From positions 1 through 36,481 of the IMG/VR virus record IMGVR_UViG_3300037424_000062: a DNA stretch of 36,481 nucleotides. One strand, 5' to 3'. The translations under genes were made by a program, and so were the position numbers. Numbering within the stretch: the stretch's first letter is position 1; every line of letters begins with the position of its first letter. Of the stretch, positions 6,590-13,329 are shown one piece after another. The stretch comes from a virus. Taxonomy: Duplodnaviria; Caudoviricetes. The notes beneath the pieces were generated by a model. It was not told where the DNA came from. It saw nothing but the letters and a program-made list of their open reading frames with translations, and searched no databases.

Positions 6590-6844
6590 TTAACTAATAC
6601 GCTTCCCTTCCTTCATCAGGAAGACTTCCGAAAACATCGGTTGCCACGTATCCATAGCAGCCCTGAACTTGTATTGATCGTAGTTCAGTTGAGCTATGAA
6701 CTCATAGCCAACCCAATCACCGCTGTACTGCCCAACACACAGACGATGCGCGAATCCTGTCGACGTGTCGTGAATTTGGTGAAGCACCAGTGTATCACCA
6801 AAGCGATGGTTTGTTTGGTCTGTAACAGACTTGACCTGATCCAT
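6590..6844 (-). CDS. Hypothetical protein (84 aa)
   Basis: RBS AGGGG; abuts the upstream stop codon. Confidence 0.7.
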   Translation of the reverse strand: MDQVKSVTDQTNHRFGDTLVLHQIHDTSTGFAHRLCVGQYSGDWVGYEFIAQLNYDQYKFRAAMDTWQPMFSEVFLMKEGKRIS

Positions 6845-6846
6845 GG

Positions 6847-7209
6847 TTAACCCCTGCTGAGCTGGTAGAGTTCAAGGCCGCTGAGCACGCGCTGGGGCTG
6901 CGCGTACTTGGTGTACTTCATACGCTTGCCGTCATCGAAGTATACCATCATGTCCTTCATCCTGTTGATGAAGTCGCAGACGTCCCTTGAAGGGAAGCCT
7001 CCTGTGTAGGCACCACGTTCCACAGCAGCACTGGGCAGGCCTGTAGTCGTAGCGACGTGCCTGAGTTCACCATGTGGGTCTGGAACGTAGTCCTTTGCCT
7101 TGTGGTCATACGTGACCCGCTGGTAGATGCGGTTCTGCACAACACCCTGTGGTGTTGTCTGGACATACGGCTTGTTGTAGTCCCGCTCTTCAAACAAATG
7201 AACGCTCAT
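6847..7209 (-). CDS. Hypothetical protein (120 aa)
   Basis: RBS ACGGAGA; first gene after the promoter at 7266-7296. Confidence 0.8.
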   Translation of the reverse strand: MSVHLFEERDYNKPYVQTTPQGVVQNRIYQRVTYDHKAKDYVPDPHGELRHVATTTGLPSAAVERGAYTGGFPSRDVCDFINRMKDMMVYFDDGKRMKYTKYAQPQRVLSGLELYQLSRG

Positions 7210-7265
7210 GTTTTCTCCGTTAGTATGAGTTGCTAGAGACTGCTAACGCCTTCTCTAGTATCCCC

Positions 7266-7296
7266 ATACTAACATGGCTGGAACTTCAGTCAAACG
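7266..7296 (-). promoter_or_regulatory. Sigma70-type early promoter
   Basis: CGTTTGACTGAA, giving TTGACT-N16-TAGTAT with TG at the extended -10. Same geometry as 3635-3665. Confidence 0.65.
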
Positions 7297-7472
7297 AACA
7301 TAGGTTCTAGGCACGAGCGTCTCGGGCTAATGCCACTAGTTAGACAACCAATGCCCCGCACTATAGGCCCGACCTGTCATCAATCGAGAGTGAATAGCAG
7401 TGCTAGCTATAAGGCGTATATACTATAGCTCCCTATGCCATGCGCTATTGTTGCTTCCTGTCATCATTTTTA

Positions 7473-7516
7473 TTGTGCAGTGCAGCATGTGCGGTGCAGC
7501 ATACCGCAATGCAACA
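7473..7516. promoter_or_regulatory. Tandem PhaR-type operator boxes (TGC-N3-GCA)
   Basis: TGCAGTGCAGCA (7476-7487), TGCGGTGCAGCA (7490-7501) and CGCAATGCAACA (7505-7516) in non-coding DNA. The first two match the rhizobial PhaR consensus TGCRNYGCASMA as I recall it. Confidence 0.55.
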
Positions 7517-7542
7517 TGCATGCACATGCATCTAGTGCAGAC

Positions 7543-7577
7543 AAAGAAAAACCCCCGGCCATTGCTGGCGCGGGGGT
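7543..7577 (-). terminator. Rho-independent terminator
   Basis: ACCCCCG-CGCCA-GCAA-TGGC-CGGGGGT followed by TTTTCTTT, just after the stop of the 7592-8725 gene. Confidence 0.85.
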
Positions 7578-7591
7578 CAGGTAGTTAGTAG

Positions 7592-8725
7592 TTAGCCGGC
7601 GGCTGCCTGATTGACAGCGTGGGCCTTGGTGTTCTGAGCCTTTGCCTTGGCCGTCTTGATCGCCGAATAGCGAGCATTGATGACGGTCCAAATGTTGTCA
7701 TCCATCGCAGTGATAAAGTCGCCGATGGTTTCGACCACATCGTCACCCTTCTCGCCTTCCGTTGCACAGGCCGCAAGCACCTTGGCCGAAAGCATCTTGC
7801 CTTGCTCGCTTTCGGTATCGAGTGCGGTGGCCAAGACGTTGAAGTGGTGAAGCAATTGCTCGACTGTCGCGGGAACCGGGATATCGATCTTGGTTCCCTT
7901 GCCCTTGCGCTTGCCCTTTGGTGCGCGGGCGCCCGTTGCTTCAAGCGAAGCAATGGTGATTGCGCCTTGCACCTTGTCGGGCTTAAGGGCTGTGAACTGG
8001 TTAACATTCAGAACACGGTCCTCAAGTTCCTTGCTCGGGTCAATCAACCGGATGTTGTTGCCGTAAACCACATCGCGGGTTTCGAACTCGTTGGTTCCGG
8101 GGATCTTGACCTTTTCCCCTTTCCCATCAAGCACATACTCAGTACGGATGGGAAGCTTGATTGTCACCGTCTCGGGAGAGATGGTTTCAATCTCACGGAC
8201 ATGATGCAGAAGCATTGCGCCCTTCGTCAGAGCGGTTCGCATGTCCGTCTTGCGTTGCGTCAGCCGGGCCTTTTCGGTAGCCCGTTCGCCGGTGCCCATC
8301 TTGCGGATATCTTCAGGGCAGTCCGTCTGCGTCACGTCACTGAGGTAGTCAATCCGTTCCTGCACCATCTGGTATTCATGGGTGGAACGGATAACATCCG
8401 TGAACCAAGAGCCGGGGATGACCTTTTTGCCTTGATCGGTCATCACCTCTTGTGAGTAGCGATCATAAGGCTTGTTGCCAGTCTGACCTTGCCGACTGCC
8501 GACAACGGGAATGCAATCGGCCTCGTCATCATCGTAGTGGGTAACCAGAAAGTTGAACATCTGAACCGGGCCCATCCGCTCCGCTTCCTTTGTGGTCGCG
8601 ATGGTTCCCAGCAAGCGAGAGAGTTCCTCGCCACCCTTGCGAGCGAACGCAAGAGCCTGACCGTGCCCTTTCTGGGCAGTGATGGTCTGATGTGTGCTTT
8701 CGGGATTGGTATCAACGTTTGTCAT
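7592..8725 (-). CDS. Large early protein of unknown function (377 aa), monocistronic, first gene of the early arm
   Basis: RBS ACGGAGA, its own promoters upstream and a terminator downstream. I recognise no domain. Confidence 0.85.
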   Translation of the reverse strand: MTNVDTNPESTHQTITAQKGHGQALAFARKGGEELSRLLGTIATTKEAERMGPVQMFNFLVTHYDDDEADCIPVVGSRQGQTGNKPYDRYSQEVMTDQGKKVIPGSWFTDVIRSTHEYQMVQERIDYLSDVTQTDCPEDIRKMGTGERATEKARLTQRKTDMRTALTKGAMLLHHVREIETISPETVTIKLPIRTEYVLDGKGEKVKIPGTNEFETRDVVYGNNIRLIDPSKELEDRVLNVNQFTALKPDKVQGAITIASLEATGARAPKGKRKGKGTKIDIPVPATVEQLLHHFNVLATALDTESEQGKMLSAKVLAACATEGEKGDDVVETIGDFITAMDDNIWTVINARYSAIKTAKAKAQNTKAHAVNQAAAG

Positions 8726-8772
8726 GGTATCTCCGTTATAGGTTGAGACACAATCCTAGCGGCATCTGCCCT

Positions 8773-8800
8773 AGGCTGTGTCGGGGTTTTACATTGTCAA
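8773..8800 (-). promoter_or_regulatory. Candidate sigma70 promoter
   Basis: GTTTGACA-N16-CAGCCT-AGG, with the same spacing and flanks as the other early promoters. Confidence 0.45.
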
Positions 8801-8880
8801 ACAACCTGATCGATAGCAGTGCACGCTGGCTAGCTATTCCCGGATCAGAGTGGAAGCCCGAAGGACAACCACCAACAGAC

Positions 8881-8908
8881 AGTATAAGCGTCCTAGCGGT
8901 TAGTGCAA
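8881..8908 (-). promoter_or_regulatory. Candidate sigma70 promoter
   Basis: TTGCAC-N16-TATACT. Confidence 0.55.
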
Positions 8909-8989
8909 GCCTGTACCTGACTATTCATGATCACGAAATGTTACAACATCTATCCATGAAAACCGTAGCGATATCAATAACATAAGAAA

Positions 8990-9054
8990 AACCCTTATAA
9001 ATCAATGGGTTAAGGCCGGGAATTCCCAGCCGTAAGGCATTGATATATAAGGTT
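8990..9054. repeat. Imperfect palindrome of about 65 bp containing two inverted IHF consensus sites
   Basis: AATCAATGGGTTA (9000-9012, +) and TATCAATGCCTTA (9033-9045, -) both fit WATCAANNNNTTR and are symmetric about GGGAATTCCC. Confidence 0.7.
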
Positions 9055-9055
9055 A

Positions 9056-9153
9056 TTCCTTAAGTATATGATATTACTAGGTATTTCCTTACGATATACA
9101 TGCGTATTCCTTATGTATTATGCTCTATAAGAGTATATTGCATTAATTCCTTA
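9056..9153 (+). repeat. Short direct repeats TTCCTTA in AT-rich DNA
   Basis: Exact copies at 9056, 9085, 9107 and 9147, with degenerate copies up to about 9225. Confidence 0.65.
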
Positions 9154-9233
9154 TGTAAGGACATTCTTATAGTCTTACTGAGTATATCTTATGCTATTCA
9201 TGAGTATTAGCTATCGCTATCCTTGTACACAAT

Positions 9234-9300
9234 AGGATCGTTTGCGATTAAATCGTGCACAATCGATCCTCGGAGGGGGTATGTGGGGGGTCGGGGGGTC
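9234..9300. other. Hairpin plus G-tract, candidate genome terminus / terminal repeat boundary
   Basis: Inverted repeat AGGATCG...CGATCCT followed by GGAGGGGGTATGTGGGGGGTCGGGGGGTC, between the divergent arms. Confidence 0.4.
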
Positions 9301-9359
9301 TAAGCCGGCAGATGAAGTACATCCAATTATTATCTCACCAAAATTTTTACATCTAAAAT

Positions 9360-9494
9360 TTATCTCGGTAAATTTTTTACATATATTTCAAAATTTTTAT
9401 AATAATCAATCCACTCAGGATGTTCTGAAAAGAATTTTCCTTGAGATTCATCTGAGAGATTCATCAATCTAGTTCTGAATTTTTCTTCCGACAT
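9360..9494 (-). CDS. Possible small hypothetical protein (44 aa)
   Basis: MSEEKFRTRLMNLSDESQGKFFSEHPEWIDYY reads as protein-like, but the RBS is weak. Confidence 0.3.
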   Translation of the reverse strand: MSEEKFRTRLMNLSDESQGKFFSEHPEWIDYYKNFEIYVKNLPR

Positions 9495-9737
9495 ACCAAC
9501 CAAATAGCAATAAAGCAAACTACAATAAAAGTTCCGACACTCCATGCGTCACTTCCAGTATTCGGAGCGAAGTCAAGACTCATTCCAGTATTCAGCTGCG
9601 AATACATATTCAATATGTTCATTTTTCTTCCTTTTTTCTTAAATGTGCTTTCGAGGCTCTAGGAAGCCCGTACAGCGATTATTTTGTATCTGGCTACCAC
9701 CCTAGCGGGCACCCTCTAGAAACGCACCAGTGAGCTT

Positions 9738-10142
9738 CTAATTGAATCCTAGGGCTATTCTAGCATCAGTCGAGGATATCGTATTAACGATATCCGGATC
9801 AAGGTAGATTTTGTAGATTTCTTCAGCTTGGCAGGCATGTCCAGCTTGACCGAAGATATCACTAAATCCACGGTACTTTTTAATGACTTCAAACAGCTCT
9901 GGATTTTCTTTAAAATAGTACATCCACAACCAAGAATAGTAAGTTCGACACTGGTCGACATTAACAGGTTTTCGTCCTTTAGCTGTCTTGATTGACAGAT
10001 CAGAACTACCATCTTCAAAGACCTTGTGAGCTTGGTATAGGCTTTCTATACTTCTTCCGAAAACTCTCGCATAGAATGCACTAAACCGTCGATCACCCTT
10101 GCTTGAACATTCAAGATACGGGGCTTCACCAAATCTTAACAT
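9738..10142 (-). CDS. NADAR-like protein (resembles the DarT1-associated NADAR antitoxin family)
   Basis: Motifs LECSSKG..RFSAF, SIESLYQAHKVFEDG and FSDIFG...CQA parallel the LExSSKS..LSAF / SVE..FQ.SKVFE / FTD....NCQA motifs of that family. Confidence 0.7.
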   Translation of the reverse strand: MLRFGEAPYLECSSKGDRRFSAFYARVFGRSIESLYQAHKVFEDGSSDLSIKTAKGRKPVNVDQCRTYYSWLWMYYFKENPELFEVIKKYRGFSDIFGQAGHACQAEEIYKIYLDPDIVNTISSTDARIALGFN

Positions 10143-10556
10143 CTAAACTCCTTGCCATTTTATACACCTATAACAAACACATTCCGGATCAAACTCCCAA
10201 CCTAGCCAGTAGTCTTCTCCGATAACTATATCAGTTCTGACACCGGCTCTCTGGGCTTGTTCAATCATATTTCGGGTTCCTCGACTCTCTCCGTCCCAGA
10301 AGGCGACGACAATATCTGGTCTTCCTTTAGTGAGCATCTCTGTGTTTCGAATCGCTCCCGCAGCTTTGCCATGCTTGTCCCATAATGCTTTGAAAGGAAT
10401 AACATCCAATCCTCGTCCAACTCCATAGCGTCGAGCCAGCGTATCAGCTCCTCTCGCTTCTCCTTCGATAATGGTTGTAATGGGTAGGGTTTCAAGGGTT
10501 CTCTCCAAAAGTTGATAGTCATTAAAGGATCTGCTTCCGCAGACTAGCACACGCAT
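10143..10556 (-). CDS. SLOG superfamily protein (DUF2493 / YspA-like)
   Basis: Motifs VLVCGSRSFND, IIEGEARGADTLA, W..HGKAAGAIRN..M and VVAFWDGESRGTRNMI. RBS GAGGAG. Confidence 0.9.
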   Translation of the reverse strand: MRVLVCGSRSFNDYQLLERTLETLPITTIIEGEARGADTLARRYGVGRGLDVIPFKALWDKHGKAAGAIRNTEMLTKGRPDIVVAFWDGESRGTRNMIEQAQRAGVRTDIVIGEDYWLGWEFDPECVCYRCIKWQGV

Positions 10557-10599
10557 GTTGACTCCTCTTCCAATATAGTATATAATAATCCAACATTAG

Positions 10600-10627
10600 A
10601 TTATAATAGACTTTTAGGATATGTCAA
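10600..10627 (-). promoter_or_regulatory. Consensus sigma70 promoter for the SLOG-NADAR cassette
   Basis: TTGACA-N16-TATAAT. Confidence 0.75.
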
Positions 10628-10762
10628 GTGCCAAAAGCATACGAAGCTATAAGAGATAAGATGATTTCTAAGGGAATGAGTTCTAAGTCAGCTAAGAAGC
10701 ATGCGGCTATGATCTATAATTCTAAACATAAGAAACATCCTGTTACTCGTGGTTCTAAGTAA
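10628..10762 (+). CDS. Small basic phage protein (44 aa, below ORF-track cut-off)
   Basis: GTG start with AGGA upstream. Sequence MPKAYEAIRDKMISKGMSSKSAKKHAAMIYNSKHKKHPVTRGSK; I recognise this pattern from small basic proteins near phage packaging genes. Confidence 0.6.
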   Translation: MPKAYEAIRDKMISKGMSSKSAKKHAAMIYNSKHKKHPVTRGSK

Positions 10763-10840
10763 TACTATAGCTATATATAACCTATATAGACCACAGTGCA
10801 TGTGATATCCCATAAAAACTATATCCATCAAAGAAAAACC

Positions 10841-11008
10841 ATGGACATACCTATTATAAGTAATAAACCTAAGGTATTACCTAAGGAACTAAGAGAAGCT
10901 ATAGATAAGCTTGATTTGGTTTCTTCATTAATGCTTATGGGAATTCTACTTGAACACAGCTTAAATCTTTGTGGTCTACATAAACAAACCAATAAGGGAA
11001 TAAAATGA
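10841..11008 (+). CDS. Hypothetical protein (55 aa)
   Basis: Lies within ORF 10796..11008. ATGA coupling to the next gene; weak RBS. Confidence 0.4.
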   Translation: MDIPIISNKPKVLPKELREAIDKLDLVSSLMLMGILLEHSLNLCGLHKQTNKGIK

Positions 11009-11493
11009 AAATACTTGAAGTCTCCGCTAACTTTACCCGTCCAGCTGATACCACTGCTTACGCAGCTGGTGATCTAGTTGCCAACAGTACTACTGCGGGT
11101 TCTGTTACACCAATGACCTTCCGACTAGGATATGGTCAAGCTCTAGTTCTGCGTCAAGCTCGTATAAGAATTAACTCGGCAACGAACACCAATGCGTCAT
11201 TTAACCTCCACCTTTATAGCTCTTCTCCTACAGTCACTAACGGCGACAACAGCGCTTGGTTGTCTACATCCAGCAACTACCTCGGTACTATGGCCATATC
11301 TGGAACTACCCAAGCATTTTCAGATAATGTGGTTGGAGTCGGTACCTATGTTAATACCGCGGTAGGAACTCCTTGGGTTCTACTCGGTGACAACAACTAT
11401 CTAGTTTATGGTCTACTTTCAGCAACCGCTGCCTACACACCAACTAGTGGTGGTGTCTTTACGGCGACTCTCGTTGGGGAGTGCTACGTGTGA
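11005..11493 (+). CDS. Phage hypothetical protein, probably virion-associated and beta-rich (TRPADTTAYAAGD motif)
   Basis: 162 aa, Thr/Ala/Ser-rich, RBS AAGGGA. Confidence 0.7.
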   Translation: MKILEVSANFTRPADTTAYAAGDLVANSTTAGSVTPMTFRLGYGQALVLRQARIRINSATNTNASFNLHLYSSSPTVTNGDNSAWLSTSSNYLGTMAISGTTQAFSDNVVGVGTYVNTAVGTPWVLLGDNNYLVYGLLSATAAYTPTSGGVFTATLVGECYV

Positions 11494-11816
11494 CCCTCGA
11501 AGATCTTCTCCAGCCAGGAACTATGCACATAGCTGGTGCTATTATCACTGGCTTGATAAGTATTCAAACAGTCTTCCTTAAATGGTTGATAGACAATTTC
11601 AAAGGTCTTAGAACAGATCTGAATGCCCAAGCCCACCAGACACAGAGTTGGTTAAGAGATCACGAAGAAAAAGACCAAAACAGACACGAAGAAAACCTCA
11701 ACCGATTCGAAAGGATCGGAATTGCCCTCGCAAGACTCGGCGCAAAGACCCATTATGCCTCGGAAGAAGACTACAGACCAATTAGACTTAAAAGAACAAC
11801 GAAGGCTCCAAGCTGA
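11490..11816 (+). CDS. Single-TM plus coiled-coil membrane protein (holin-like or unknown)
   Basis: GTGA coupling. Hydrophobic IAGAIITGLISIQTVFLKWLI followed by a charged helical region. Confidence 0.6.
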   Translation: MTLEDLLQPGTMHIAGAIITGLISIQTVFLKWLIDNFKGLRTDLNAQAHQTQSWLRDHEEKDQNRHEENLNRFERIGIALARLGAKTHYASEEDYRPIRLKRTTKAPS

Positions 11817-13329
11817 GGCTTCTTTTGAAGAATTCATTAAGCTTGTTCAACCGCAAAGATATCTCGGAAATATCCATAGACACATAATCAATTGGTGGGA
11901 AGGTTCTAATAAGAGCTCTCATCAACTTCTACTTCTACCTAGAGACCACATGAAGAGCGCTCTAGTCGCTCTCAGAGCAGCTTGGCGTCTAACTAAAGAT
12001 CCTACTCTTCGTATTCTATACATTTCCAGCACATCCAATCTGGCTACGAAACAGCTGAAATTCATCAAAGACATTCTTACTTCAGACCTTTATCGCCAAT
12101 ACTGGCCTAATATGGTCATCAAGGAAGAAGCTAAGCGTGAAAAGTGGACTGAAAGGGAAATCTCCGTAGATGATCCCCGAAGAAAAGAAGCCTACATTAG
12201 AGACCCTTCTGTTTTTACCGCTGGTCTTACTACGAATATCGTTGGTATGCATGCGGACATATCGATTATGGATGACGTCGTTGTCTACAACAACGCAGCA
12301 TCAGAAGAAGGACGAGCCAAAACACTGACACAGTTCGGTCATCTCTCTTCTATCGCCGGTACCGGTTCTGAGGTTTGGATTGTCGGAACACGTTATCACC
12401 CAAATGATCTTTACTCAACACTGATGGACATGGAGATATCTGACTATGATGAACTTGGAAACCCAGTCAACGTTCGCCCTCTATTCGACTACAAAGAGTG
12501 GCCAGTCGAAAATGTGGGAGATGGAACAGGCGAGTTCATATGGCCTAGATCAAAAGCACCAAACGGAAAGTGGTATGGATTTAATGCCGAGGAGTTGGCG
12601 GTTAAAAGATCGCTCTACAAAGGCAACATGGTCCAATTTAGGGCACAATACTACAACGATCCGAACGACGTCGACTCGACCCCAATCAAAAGAGACTACT
12701 TCCAATACTACGACCACGACCGCATCCACAGACGAGATTATAAGTGGTTCTACGAAAGAGAGCCTCTTAACATCTTTGCCGCCGTGGATTTCGCGTTTTC
12801 TGTCGGTAAAAAGTCCGATTACACGGCCATTGTCGTTATCGGTGTAGATGGAAAGAGCAATTACTATGTACTCGACATTGACCGGTTCAGGTCTGATACA
12901 CCAAGCGAATACTTCAAACGAATCATCAAACTCTACGAAAAGTGGGGCTTCAGAAAGATCAGAGCCGAAGTTACTGTTGCCCAGGTGGCGCTTATACGAG
13001 ACTTCCAGGAAAACTACATCAGGAAGTACGGTTTATCGTTATCGGTGGATGAGTTTCGCCCGGTTCGATGGCAAGGGGTTAAAGAAGAGCGTATCCTCTC
13101 GATCCTTGAGCCTAAGTATCAAAACAAACAGATCTGGCATTATGTGGGTGGGTTCTGTCAAAATCTGGAAGAAGAATTAATCTTCCAAAATCCCTCACAC
13201 GATGACATCAAAGACGCACTAGCTTCAGCAGTAGACTTCGCTGTCGCTCCAGTTAACTTCTACAGGGTATACAAAGAAACTTCAAACAATGCATATCAAT
13301 TTAATTCTCGCTGGGGTGGCGTAGCTTGA
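11755..13329 (+). CDS. terL: Terminase large subunit
   Basis: Walker A-like LLLPRDHMKS, Walker B ISIMDD, GTRYH, and RNase H-type nuclease motifs AVDFA..KSDYTA and HDDIKDALA. It lies directly upstream of the portal gene. Confidence 0.95.
   Translation: MPRKKTTDQLDLKEQRRLQAEASFEEFIKLVQPQRYLGNIHRHIINWWEGSNKSSHQLLLLPRDHMKSALVALRAAWRLTKDPTLRILYISSTSNLATKQLKFIKDILTSDLYRQYWPNMVIKEEAKREKWTEREISVDDPRRKEAYIRDPSVFTAGLTTNIVGMHADISIMDDVVVYNNAASEEGRAKTLTQFGHLSSIAGTGSEVWIVGTRYHPNDLYSTLMDMEISDYDELGNPVNVRPLFDYKEWPVENVGDGTGEFIWPRSKAPNGKWYGFNAEELAVKRSLYKGNMVQFRAQYYNDPNDVDSTPIKRDYFQYYDHDRIHRRDYKWFYEREPLNIFAAVDFAFSVGKKSDYTAIVVIGVDGKSNYYVLDIDRFRSDTPSEYFKRIIKLYEKWGFRKIRAEVTVAQVALIRDFQENYIRKYGLSLSVDEFRPVRWQGVKEERILSILEPKYQNKQIWHYVGGFCQNLEEELIFQNPSHDDIKDALASAVDFAVAPVNFYRVYKETSNNAYQFNSRWGGVA

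Noticed and set aside
7619-8455. 278-aa plus-strand ORF
   Set aside because: It is the antisense shadow of the 377-aa early gene.
9056-9225. Short repeats as a mini-CRISPR array
   Set aside because: The repeats are only 7 bp with irregular spacing, and there are no cas genes.
11490-11816. Small terminase subunit call for the gene before terL
   Set aside because: It has a TM segment and no helix-turn-helix. I could not identify a terS in the window.
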